A stretch of DNA of 64,000 nucleotides from Eledone cirrhosa. Lineage: Eukaryota. The DNA is taken from NCBI GenBank assembly GCA_964016885.1, contig OZ024740.1, positions 354,702,001 to 354,766,000 of the forward strand, written 5' to 3'. Every line of letters begins with the position of its first letter. Within the stretch, counting starts at the first letter, position 1. Shown here in pieces: positions 12,601 to 26,500 of the stretch. The position numbers and the translations under genes are program-made. The notes below the pieces were generated by a model, which saw only the letters and a program-made list of their open reading frames with translations, was not told where the DNA came from and searched no databases.

Positions 12601-15600
12601 ACGGTAGCCACGGAATAGGCAGACCTAGAAAAACCTGGGACGAGCTGATAATCTCCGACCTCACACACTTACACCTCTCCAAGACAATGTCACTGGACCG
12701 AGACCTTTGGCGGTACTCAGTAACAGAGAAGACCCGCCTTGCCAGTAGGCATCTCTAACAAAATACACCCCGTCCCGCCACCACCCCCACCCCATCCACA
12801 CCACCCCGTTCTATGTAAAGTTATGTTGGTGCCACGCCATCCAGGCCGAAACAAATGAGATCGTGTAGGTGTCACGACAAAAAAACACACAGTCCACGCT
12901 GTAATGTGGCCGTGTAGGCAACACGGTAAAAACCTCCCAGACCCACACTGTAAATGTGGTTGGTGTTAGGAAGGGCATCCAACTGTAGAAAACCTGCCAG
13001 ACAGTCCTATGTGAGCAAGACAATCACTCTTGCCTCAAGTGGGACTACCCCCGTCCAAACCCATGCAAGCGTGGAACACGGACGTTAAACGTTGATGATG
13101 ATGATGATGATGATATATATATATATATAAATAATGTAATTTACCAAAGTCCACAACAATAAGTTTACAAGTGTACAAGCACTGAAATGTGAAATGATTA
13201 TTATATTATCTTCTTGCTTTCATAAAATGAAGAAATGCAAACCTCGTCTACTTTCTTGCTCAAGTTCTCTTTTAATGTTTTCAATTCTTGTTGCATATTT
13301 TCTATTAAATCATCTTTTTCAGAAATCACCTTCTCCTGTTCTGAAGCTATCTGGCTTCTAAGTTTCACCTGGAAACAAAACACCTTACAGGTAACAAAGA
13401 AGAAATATTGGATTTTATGAATGCATATATTGTAACCAGTTATTATTAAGGTAAGCCACCACAAGGAAAGTGGTTAATGTCCAGTGTGTGCAGATGCCAC
13501 AGGATGGTTGTTAATGTCCCATTGTGTGTAGAGGTTCTACAAGATGGTGGTAAACTCCCAGCATGTGTGGTGGTAAAGTTGCCACTATGTGTATAGGAGA
13601 CACAGGATAATAGTAAGCTCAACGGCCTTCATCCTACCCCAACAGAAACCATTCTAAGTTGTAAATTGTGGAAGGAGATTTTCTGAAGCTCAAGACAAGA
13701 ATTCTAGGATCTCAATCCTACTGAGGTCAACTTTGTATAACATCCTTCTAGATCAATAAATAAAGTACCAATCTGAGGGTAGTGGACTGGAAAAGCTGTT
13801 AGAGCAATGGATAAGATGCCTGGCAGTATTTATTCCAGCTCTTTGCATTCTGAATTCAAATTCTGCAGTAGAATACTTGGTTGGTCGACAGAATCAATTG
13901 CCTATTTTAATACCATAACTTAACCATTGGATGACATTAGAGTAGGCCACACTTTTACAAACAATCAGTCCATGCCTCTGATTTGAGGATACCATCTTCT
14001 TTCCCTTCTATCAGTGTTACCGGACCTGAAATGGGTCATGGGTACTATCTTTCTGCTTAAGTAAATGATAAAAATAAATACACCAATTACAATAAGTTTG
14101 CCAAAGTTACAAAAACACTTACTTTAGCATGATAGTTCTTGTTCTCTGATTGCAGTTTACGAATTATTTCATTGCCTTTCTTTACTTCAATTGATATTGC
14201 TTTTACTTTACTCTCCAGCTTTGAAACTTCTCGTTGCTTTAATTCAAATTCTTCTTCAAACCTTTTCTGAAATTATATAAGATAGAGTAGTTTAACTCTT
14301 TTGATACCAACATATCTGAAACCGCTGCTGGTTTTATGACACAAAACTGCCTTTTTAAAATGTTTGTATTTATATTAACTCCTAATGTCCTAAAACACAT
14401 AAAACCATCTATTAGCAAGACATTCTTGAAAAGTACAAAACAACACTATGAGTGCATCACATTAAAATTGTGTTGTTTTGTCCATTTTTCCTCCAAGAAT
14501 GTCTTGCTAATATGGTTTTATGCAGTACAGGACATTAACAGTTAATATTCTGGAATACATTCAATCAACTGTACCAATCTGCTACTAAAGTAGTTTGTTA
14601 TCTGAAGAACAGTTACCTACTTTTTGGTCTTGTTCTGAGTCTAAAAGATCAGAAGATTTAGCCAAAACTTGGTTCTTGTCTTTTAACTCCTGTTCCAGGA
14701 CAGCAATGCGAGTACATTGTTGATTGATGAGTTTCTCCTGTTCATGAAGATTTGCATCCATTGATGCATTCTGTTTCCGTAGATTCTGAAGCTCTATTTT
14801 TCCAACCTGTAGCTGTTCTTCAGATGAGTTCAAATGTGCACGTAATTCACGTTGAGTAGATTCCAACTTGTATTTCCTATCTTGTAGTTCCTTGAGAAAA
14901 ATAGACACCAAAGCTTTTGTGAAAATAGTAATATTATAAGGGGAAAGAACTCAAGATAAATATCAAAAACAATAAATTGATTATAAACCACTACTGTTTG
15001 CAAGATCTCATTTGGCAATAAGAATTCTAAAGTCTATTCTGATGGGAATATACAGTGTGACATTAATGTCTTTTTCAAGGGCATTAGTAAGATGAATGAA
15101 GTAGAAATTAAAATGTCTACAATTGGGAAGCAAAACCAGATCATAAAATCAGTTTACTGGGAGCTAAACTTCTATAAAATTCACCATTATATATTACATC
15201 AATTAAAGCTAAGTATATTTAACATACTTTGTATGTAAAAGAAACAAAACCTTCATAAATACTTAATAGCTAGTTTTGTTTTAATTATTTCCAATCTGAA
15301 TTCAAATCCTGTCACGGTCAACTTTGTTTTTCATCATTCAGGGGATGATAAAATAAAGTACCAGTGAAATATTGGAGTTGATATAATCAACTTTTCCTCT
15401 CCCTAGAATTGCTGGCCTTGTGCCAAAATTAGAAAGCATTATTTCCAATAACAAACAAGGAAATTAATACTATTAATACAACAACAGACTAATGAAACAT
15501 TAAATCTGGGAAAACTAGTGATACTTTTCAGAAAATAGTCAATATAAAAGTTCAAAAAGTGAAATAAATTTTATGCCACAGAGAAGTTTACCATTTTTCA

Positions 15601-16415
15601 GATAGAACCCTTCGCTGGAGAAAGTTTAAATATTTACTAGTGTTAAATTGCGAGTTGCTACAGTGAAGAAAAACTCATAACAGTAAAGACTGAGGAAAGG
15701 GTATAGGAGTGGAGGAATTGGTACCAATGTGTAGGTGGAGGAAACTGTCAGAGTGAGGAGAAAATAAAAAGAACCAAAAAGATTTGAAATTCCTTATGCA
15801 TGGAGGTAACAACATCTATATGCTAGTAAAGTTGTGTATTCACATTTCTAATTGTGTATTCCTTGATTTTATCAAAAACAGCCCAATCATCATTATCTAA
15901 TGTCTATTTTCCATGCTTTCAAGGGTTACACAGGCTGTCATGTACTGAATCTAGACCACATCTTGCTCATATGCTCCAATTTTAGCTCTTACTACAGCTG
16001 GATGCCCTTCCAAATACCAACTATTTTTCAGCATGTACTGGGAGCATTTTATCATGACTCTAGCACTACTACCTTTTTGTCATGGTACCTTACAGTGCTA
16101 ACTGGGTACTTTTGTCATGACACCAGTACTACCACCATACAATGGTAACTGGATGCTTTTGTCATGGCACCAGCACCATCTCATTGCAACACCAAGATGC
16201 TTACAAAACATCCCCAAGCTCTAACAAGTGCATTTTATCATGTCGCCAAACATTAGGGAAGTTGTCATGTTGATGACACAACTGAAGTATCCTCCCAACT
16301 CTTTGTTTGGCAAGTTTTCTAGTTGGATGCCCTATATATAGTCTAACCTTATAATGTGACAACCAATCTAACCCATGCAAGTATGGGAAACAGACATTAA
16401 ACACTGATGATGATG

Positions 16416-16460
<45 letters not shown>

Positions 16461-17517
16461 CACACATAATTTACAAGCAAAAATATCATTTTGAGCTACT
16501 TTCTATCATAGAATGCTACATTTTGAAAACTTTGTGAAGTTAACAACCACAAACCACTGGCTTTCACTTCCTCCTCCATTTCATTTAGCCATGTCTTTCT
16601 TTACTTCCTTCCAAATTCATTTCTATCACTCCCCTCACCCAATCACTTTTATTTCTCCTCAACACAAGACCCAACCGTCTCATTTCAGAGTACTTCATAG
16701 CATTCATCTTTGCAATTCATTATTTGTCTTCCTCTCTCTGTGATACTCCACTCATCCACCAGACCATTGTCATGTCAATTCTTTCAGGCCTTGTTCCATA
16801 TTCATCACCCATATCTTTCTCCTATGAATCATGCCACTTTTCATACATGCAGCATACACCTTTCCCTTTAGTTCCAATGACATTCCTTCCATACACATCT
16901 CACTCTAGATACTGTTAAGCAGTCTTATCAACCCTTTCCAGTCAACATGTCTCCAGAATAACAAAACGTTTTCACATGTTCCATTTATACACCACTCCTA
17001 AGGTCCAACTCAACATCCTCTCCATCTGTAGTTCCTTCCATACTTTACACTTCAATGTAACTGCCACATTATTTAATAATCCTGATATTTGAGGAAATAT
17101 CAAAATAGATAAATTTATAAGACTGATATACTAAGATATACATACTTTATTGGAAGACTCAGCTTCAAATAGCTTCACCTCCATCTGTTTTACAATCCTT
17201 ATGTGAGACTGTTCAAGCTCTTTTCGTTCATTCTCTAGTTTCATCTGGCAGCTGTTCTTTATCTTGGAACAAAAAGGAAATTTAAAAAACATCATTGAAG
17301 AGAAGCCTAAAAAATACATATAACTGAGTTGGTTGGTTGGTTGGTTTCAGATTGCTATTGTATGAAATCTGTAAACATTACCTATCACAGATTAACATCA
17401 TACTTACTGAAGGCAACATTTAACTCTCATCAGCTTAATGTTAAAGGGGCTGAAGCAAAGCAGCAAATCCATTTCATTAGAAGTATGGTAACAGAAGGAT
17501 TTACATTCAGATAGTAA

Positions 17518-17591
<74 letters not shown>

Positions 17592-20500
17592 AAACAAACA
17601 AAAAAAGGTTCTCCAAAAGAAAGATCCAATAGTTTGAATATTTGAGAATCATACCTCATAACACTGCTCTTTCTCAAGATTCAACTCTTCTTTATGATTA
17701 GCAGTTAATTCATTAATTTTGCGAGTCCATTCAGTTTTAAGATTATCCAGTTCAGTTGTTTTTATTTGGAGATTCTGCAATTGAAGGAAAAATATACAAG
17801 CAATGGATTATTATTTCAGCTGCTTCATACAGTTTGTACCTATCACTTGAAATGTTCTATTCATATTTGAATGGCCTAATGGTTAGGATGTTAGACTCAT
17901 CATCATAAAATTATCAATTTGATTCCTGACTAGGCAGTGTGTTGTGTTTTTGAGCAACACACTTCATTTCATGTTGCTTTTCATGATATATAGTGATATA
18001 TATATATATATATAGTGATAATTATAGTTATATTAATGTTATCAGTTATGTTGCTATCATCATCATCATCATCATCATAAGAACAGAGCATTAAAAGCCT
18101 CTACATGGCCTCTTGATGTAGTTCTAGATAATGCAATGACCAAGAGAAGAACATGGTGTGCATGGCTAGAAAGCCTTTCACCAGGGGTCATGTTGATTAG
18201 TGCCAATCTGAGACTAAATAACCACAACATCATCATCATCATCCTCTACATGCGCGCAAGTAATCTACTAAACATTTAAAAAAAATTATTTAACTCTTAA
18301 CATCCTATACCACATGGAACTGCATCAGCAAGACATTCTATGACAGCAATGCATGAAAACTTGGGGCCTTTACTTTAATATTGCAAATTTTTACAATTAT
18401 CTGTTCAGTAGTAAAAATATTATAAACATTTGAATTAACAAACATGCTTTTAGAAATTTTAAATAAAAAATGTATATGCTATAACCCATGCTAGCGTGGA
18501 AGATAGACGTTAAATGATGATGATATTGACTTACTTCTTCAGCTTGTTGTAGACGTCCAGACAATTCAGTGGTTGTGTGTTCTAAACGTTGATGTAATAA
18601 TTCATTGGTTTCCTGAATGAAAGACACAAAATGACAAACAACTGTATTGAAAATCAGTTGATGATAAAAGTGCTATAAGTAAATGTAATTTTCCATTGCC
18701 CAACTGTTTGGTGAAACACAACAAAGAATTTCCATTTCCAGTTACTCGTTCTAAAGACAAACTATTGCAGTGGTATTTATGTTGCCTTATCTCTGCCAAT
18801 GGCAGAATTTGATGTCTTAAGGCATCAAATTGGAAGGATGTTTAGGGCATCAGATTAAAAAGGCCTCAGTATTTGTTCTGCATCACTGCTCTCTGAGTTC
18901 AAATCACATCAAGGTCAACTTTGCCTTTAAGTCTTTGGTGGTCGACAAATAAAGTGCCCATCCAGTACTGTGACTCCCTCTCAATGGAGGAGGAGGAGGT
19001 GGCAGCAATGACTATGATGATGGTCAGCTATGATCCAACCCAAGGAGGGATGGGGTCTATCAGGTTTGAAATGCCCAAGACATGTCATGTGTAATGACAG
19101 TGCCTCTATGACACCATAAGAATTAAGAGCCCTTTTTTTTTTTTTCTTTTCAACTGTTTAGTGAGGCAATGGTGTTTACATTACTTTATCTCTGTCAATG
19201 GCAGAATTTAATCTCAGCATGGCATGCATAAACCCTTAACATTCAGATGGAATCGTAGGGGCACCATCGTAATATACAGTGTATCATAGACATTTATACG
19301 TAATGGAATTCAACCCCCACCAAGTCAGAACAAAGCTGATTTCTTCCAGAGATGGAAAGAGAGAGAAAGAAATATAGAGGAAGAACCAAATCCAGTATTA
19401 GAGTGATACTTTATTTATCAACCTTGAAAAAGCAAAGTTGATCTCGGCAGCAGAATTTGAACTCAGAGTGCAAAGAGCCAGAACAAATACTTCAAAGCAT
19501 TTTATTTGATGTTCTAATGACTCTCCCAATTCACTGCCTTCTGCATGGCAAAGTAATGAAATTCTTCTCAATTATACATACCTTTGAGGACAGTGGATTG
19601 GCAGTATTGGTAGAGCGTCAGACAATATGCTTTATGACATAGAGTTACGCCCCTTTACTATCTGGGTTCAAATCCTGCCATGGTTAGCTTTGCCTCGATG
19701 AAATAAAGTACCAATAATGCACTGGAGTTGATTTAATCGAGTTTCCCCTCCCCCCCACAAAAAAATGGTTGGCCTTGTGCTTAAATCAGAAACCAATTAT
19801 ATAATACCTTTGTTGCTTAGAGCTGTGAGCTACTCCATATTGTGGGAGTAGTTTAGTTGGATTAACCGGTTATTGAAAAGAAATGTTTTTGACAAGTAAA
19901 CAATTGACTGCAACTCACATGCACAAGTGGTTTTCTCTAAATCTCAACGTTTTTACACTATTTTAACATGTTTAAACATGTTAGCTTCAGTTGGGAAGGT
20001 CTGAAACTATTTTCTCCATGATATGGAAAACATAGAAAAGCATCTATAAAATATTTACTCATTGCTAAATTCAAGAAAAATTTGTTAATTCACTGAATAA
20101 CATTTGTGTCATGAAAGGAAATGGGAAGTACAACCTCATAATTTTGACACCTGTTCTTTAAAGAAGACATAGGTGAGATAGTTCTTCAATAGAGCAACTC
20201 TCAATGAAACTTAATTGTGTCATTTCCTCTGTCAGATCTACTGTTCTCATATAAGATCTAATTAACTCTTTAGGATTTCAACCACTGTATCCAGCCAAAA
20301 TTCTCTCACCTTTTTATGTTCAAACCAGCTGTAACCAGCTGCTCATACTAGCTTTAAGGTATTGTTCTTAAAATAAATAATATCAAAATTTCATAGATTC
20401 AATATTATGTGAGATAAAGCCTTTACCACGAAAATATAGAGTAATGTAAAAGCTAAAGAGATAAGTAAGAGGTGACAAAAAGGATTGGTGTCAGGAAGGG

Positions 20501-23500
20501 CATCTGGCTGGAAAACATTATCTCAAATGATCCCATCCAACCAATGCTATCTATTGACAGAAAATAGCAAGATTAACAATACCTTTAACTGCTTCAGGCA
20601 GTCAGCAAGATATTTTTTTACATCACTATCTTGTCCAGGTAGAAACTTCAAAGAGAGGTGAGTCAAATGTTTGAATGGATTTGTCTCAACAATATTCAAA
20701 ACAGCTATTGGACGAATTTGATTTGCACCACCTTGGTTCAATAGCTGCAAGATGAATCTAAGCAAAAGACAAAAAGAAAGAAAATTGGCATTCAAAATAA
20801 GTCAATAAGAACACAAACAGAAAATATTCATTCATATTTCTTTTAACTATGCACTAAAGGTATTTGGTCAAAGTTTACAGCATGTCATACTCCCAACTTG
20901 TATCTCATTACTGACACAGTGATGTATCCATGATCAAGATACGTAGCTATATATATATAGGTATTCATTTATTCATTTAACCAACTTAAACGTCTGTATA
21001 GAGTTAGTAAGCCATGGCAGACAAAGAGAGTTATCTAATACCCCATATAATTTACAAAAACAAGACAAAAAAGAAAAGAAAGAGAAAGTAAAAAAGGAAA
21101 CAAAAGAAGCAAAAGTGGGAGAAAAGAAAAAGATGAAAAACAAGAGCAGCTACAAAGTAGCTAAATGTTTCTGTTGTTGAATCTTTTCATAGCCTCCATG
21201 TACTGGAAGATCTTGTTTAAGTTGGTAGATCCTTGATAATATATTGCACCTCTAATCTTGGTAGATTTTTGAAAACCAGCCGTGCAAATCAAATTGTGCC
21301 ATGATGGAATCAGCAGAATTATTACTGTATGGTTATATAAGCATTTCTTTATCTTATACCTCATGTTCCCTACTGGGCTCAGAGTAGGCTATAAGAAATC
21401 TGCCCGTCTTTTTCACTAAGAGATATTGGAATCAACAAGAGATCAATTTCTCCAGAGCACAATCAATAGTATGAAGTGATAGAAAACAACAAGAAAAGAA
21501 ATACCCATATATCCTTATCACCATTTAATGTCCATTTTTCAACACAAGCATCGGTTAGTCGAGTTGTCCCATTGTGAGACAAGTCAGATCAGATGACTGT
21601 GTCATGCTCATACAGAACTGTTTCTGGCTTGGTCTCTACAGCTAGATGCCCTTCCTAATGCCAACCACTTTTACAGTGTGGACTGGGTGCCTCTTATCAT
21701 CACACCAAATCGACAACTTTACTGTGTGGAGTGGGCTCTTTTGTAGTGACACCAACTTACTGTGTGGATTGGGGGCTTTTTTGTCATGTCACCAAAACGA
21801 CCACTTTACTGTGTGGACTGGGCGGTTTTTGTCATGACACCAAAACGACCACTTTACTGTGTGGACTGGGCACTTTTTGTCATGTCACCAAAACGACCAC
21901 TTTACTGTGTGGACTGGGCGGTTTTTGTCATGACACCAAAACGACCACTTTACTGTGTGGACTGGGCGCTTTTTGTCATGACACCAAAACAACCACTTTA
22001 CTGTGTGGACTGGGCGCTTTTTGTCATGACACCAACACGCCCATTTTACTGTGTGGACTGGGCGCTTTTTGCCATGACACCAACATGCCCACTTTACTCT
22101 GTGGACAGGGTGCTTTTTGTCATGTCACCAAAGTGACCACTTTTCAGTGTGGAGTGGGCGCTTTTGTTGTTCACACAGAACTGATTTTGGCTTGTTTTTT
22201 CTATGGCTGGATGCTCTTCCTAACGCCAACCACATTTACAGTGTGTACTGGGTGCTTTTTGCCATGACTCCTACATGACCACTTTACAGTGTGGGCTGGG
22301 TGCTTTTTGTCGTGACACCTACACAACCACATTACATGATTCAAAATTATTTTGAAAATAATCAAGAATTTGAAAGGTTTTAGTAATATAACGCACTTTC
22401 TTATTATTGATTTGGTGTTTGGCGCATGGCTTAATAAAGGTTCTTTCATAACATTTTAGTGGAAGGTTTTTAAATAAATGTAAACACTTTAAAACAAAGA
22501 GTTTTGTATACATCATATGATTAAAAAGCAGTGGCTTAAAATTGAGTCAAATTCTTAACTTCACAGTATTTCTTTTACTACAGAAAATAGTCTAATAATA
22601 ACAGAGTGTATAAGCCCCTAAAATGGAAAAAGATGGGCATTAGCTAATGCAATTCAAAAAGTTAGTGTTGTAACTAGCTAATGCAATTCAAAAAGTTAGT
22701 GTTGTGCTACTGGTAACATGTATCCCAGTACAACCTGTCTCATGGTCGGGTCGGGTCGTTGGCGACTAAACTGGCAACCCCACCAAGATTTCTTGGTGAG
22801 GAGGGTGACTTTGGACATCCTGCAGGACTAAAAACAAAACCTGTCAAAGGGCAAAGGAACTCCTGGAGTCAATGGCCATCCAAAACCAGCACGGCCCGCC
22901 GAAAGGCGCTGCAGTGCCGGAAAAGTCAACTTCCTGCTACTAGTATGCTGGTAAGCTAGTACAACGTATCTCCAGACGGATAGAGTGGGTCCGTAGCTTT
23001 GGTTAGCGACTACTCTAGTGCTTGCAACACGAACAATTAGGGCGAGGGTATAAATGCCAGATTGGTATCTGGCGCCGGGTAACCCACCACACGGAGGAGA
23101 AAGCACCTTCTTCAAGACTTGGCTGTCAAATTCTTTCACATGTGTGTAGTAGTGGCGCCCACACACATTATTAGCTATTTGAAAAGATGATGGATTTCGC
23201 AACTAACTGCACCAGGGTTCCTGTTCCTCAGGGAACCACACTATATGGTATGCCTGTTGATATAGGTTCAGCCCCTGCTTTCCCGGGTCCTGTTTCTGAT
23301 CATAATGCACCTACAAAGGCATCGAATGATGATGAATCCTCAAATCTCAAGGGACGGGGTTCATCTGATGGAGAAGAAACAGGTCCTAACCAAACAACAA
23401 GCAAATCTCGCTTGGTTAGCTGTAAAAAGCAAATAATAGTTAGCTCCTTGAACACCAGAACCCTCCTTCCAACAGGTAGACTCCAGGAGCTGGCAGAGAA

Positions 23501-26500
23501 TGCCAAACTTCAGAACATTGACATCCTTGCGGTCCAAGAACACCGCTTTTTCCACCCAAAGGATGATCTCAAGTATCACACCCTAGGATCCTACCAACTT
23601 GTCACCTCTTCAGCCACCAAGAACCCTGTCAATGCCTCCGTCGGAGGAGTCGGCTGCCTTCTCTCATCTAAAGCCAGCAATAATCTTCTGGGGATTGAAA
23701 CAATCTCTCCCAGAATCTTGGTGCTTACACTAGAGGGCAATCCTAGAACCACTGCGATATGTGTATACAGTCCTCATAATGCCTCTCCTGAGGATGAGGT
23801 AAGAGAATTCTACACGACCCTTCGCACAGTTGTTGAGCAAGTACCCTTACACAACTTTCTTATCATCGCTGGAGACCTCAACGCTCAACTTGGCCCGGAT
23901 GAAGTAAAGTTCACATACAATAGGGTTACTAACCGAAACGGGGGAATATCTCAAGGACTTCATGGAAGAATTCAGTCTATTCAGCTCAAACAACAGCTTC
24001 ATGAAGACCAGAGGCCAGCTTTGGACCTTCGAATACCCAAACCAAAAACGAGCTCAGATTGACTATTTGATATTTCGCAAGAAATGGAGAAACTCAATCA
24101 AAGATTCTAGATCTTATTCCTCCTTTAGCTCTGTCGGCTCAGATCATCGAGTCATCTCGGCAACAATCAAACTTAGTCTCAGGATATCCAAGAGGGCCGA
24201 ACCTAATCCCATGAAAAGAATAGACTGGAAAGCCGTTTCTTCCAACAAACAACTATCCAATAGCTTCACGTTTCAAGTCTATAACAGATTTCAATCTCTC
24301 TCAACTTCTGACATCAATGACGATAATATTGAGGATGTGTATGACTGTATTAAGCAATCAACAGAGGAAGTTGCACTTGCCACCCTACCTAAAAAGAAAA
24401 GCCGAAGCCAAATGAAACCTAGTGCCTCAGAGAAGGTAGTTGAGGCAAGGGCCCATCTTAGGTCAATATCCCAATCTCACCATCAATCACCATCTCAAGG
24501 GAAAAAGATACAGCTTATCATGGCTAAAAAATCACTAGACGACGCTTATCTTAATGCTGAAGCTGACTATATCTCAGGTAGGATTGATCAGCTATCGCAA
24601 CATCACATCAGCAAACACCATCATCTTGCTTGGAAGGTTGTCAAAGATCTTTCAGGCAAAAACTCAAACTCTGCAGTTAGAATCAAAGGAGGCTCTGCCA
24701 AAAAACGTCTTGAAAATTGGTCTGCTCATTTTAAAAACCTTCTAGGGAAAAAGGCCAGACTCCCTGATAACTATCAACTGCCATCCGTTCAGGTTTCAGA
24801 GCCTTTAGGAATCAACACCTCTCCTTTCACCATGCCTGAGCTCAAAGAAGCCATCAAACAGCTCAAAGCCTCAAAAGCTTTGGGCCGGATAATATAGCTA
24901 CCCTGATTTGGAAGGATGAGCATTTCCACATCCTTTTGCTCAACTTATATAACCATACTTTTGAGACCAATAAACCACCTAGCGTCTGGCATGCAGCTCA
25001 AATTATCCCCATGCCCAAAAAAGGAGATCTTTCTTTAGCCACCAACTATAGAGGAATTTCTCTCATGGCAATTGCTGCAAAAATATACAACAAGCTTCTT
25101 CTTAACCGCTTAATCCCATCTCTTGAGCCAATCCTTCGTAACAACCAGAATGGATTTAGGAGAGGTAGATCAACACTTAGCCAGATTCTCTGTCTTCGCC
25201 GACTTATAGAGGAGTCCCAAAATCGCAATCTAGACCTTGCACTCATCTTTGTTGATTTTTCAAAAGCCTTCGACTCAGTTGACAGGTCGGGGATGTTTGA
25301 AATTCTACAACTCTATGGGATTCCTGATAAAATCATCGCGGCCATACGTGTAATGTATACAGATACCAAATCAACTGTCCTGACCCCAGATGGGGAAACA
25401 CCACCTTTCTCAATCCGCGCTGGAGTTTTACAGGGCGATACCCTTGCTCCGTATCTATTTATCATTGTTGTGGATTATGTTTTGCGCATTTCTGTGGATA
25501 GGATTCAGGATAGGGGATACCAACTACAGCCTAGGAGAAGCTCACGCTACCCAGCAAAATACTTGACTGACACCGACTTTGCTGACGACATCGCATTGAT
25601 CAGTCGGTCACTGGAAAATGCTGAGAGTCTTTTGAAATCATTAGAGCAAGCGTCCAACTGTGTTGGACTGTACCTCAACGAATCCAAGACTGAGTATGTG
25701 AACAGATGCGCAAACAGCCCAAACTACCCCACCAGAACCCTTAATGGTACGACCCTTAAGCAGGTGGAAGATTACAAGTATCTTGGCTCATATATCTCCT
25801 CCTCCAAAAAGATTTTCTAACCAGGAAGGGTATGGCATGGTCAGCGTGCAATGACATGCACGCCATATGGACATCTCAACTTACCAACAAGCTAAAACTG
25901 GAAATATTCCAAGCAACCATTAAGCCCATATTACTTTATGGATCCGAAACTTGGACACTAACATCACAACTTGAGAGGAGATTGGATGGCACATATACCC
26001 GCCTCTTAATGAGAGTGCAAAACCTATCCTGGAAACGACATCCCACCTTGTCTAAAATTTATGGCAAACTCCCTCGAGCCTCTGCCCTTCTAAAATCCCG
26101 GAGAGCTCAATTTGCTGGCCACTGTCACCGTGCCAGCAATGAAATCATATCCGCTCTCTTGCTCTGGAACCCTGACTCCAGCCTGACTAGGAGTAGGAAG
26201 CTGTCATTCCCTGACATTATCTCTAGGGATAGGGGAATCAGTAGACAGGACCTGGGGGCAGCAATTGTGGACAGGGAATTCTGGGGCATGAGAGTGAGAT
26301 CCATCATCTCGACAGTAGTCGACGAATGATGATGATGACAAAGAGCAATTTTAGGGAGTTTGCTATCAAAAACGGTAATAAAAATTCATAGATAAAGGTT
26401 TCCAACTTACTTGGGGACATCATTGTCTTCTTCTAATAAACATAAATTCAGAAGTTCAATCACTTTCTGGGGAAAGGAACCAAAATCAACCAATAATCCT

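Noticed and set aside
9741-12682. Several antisense ORFs overlapping the RTE ORF
   Set aside because: Shadow frames of the coding strand, with no recognisable motifs.
19595-19680. Possible tRNA genes at A-box/B-box motifs
   Set aside because: No cloverleaf; the boxes are followed by a shared SINE body and tail in many diverged copies.
21730-22320. CRISPR-like appearance of regularly spaced palindromic repeats
   Set aside because: Units are contiguous 48-bp tandem copies with no unique spacers, there are no cas genes, and the context is a eukaryotic intron.
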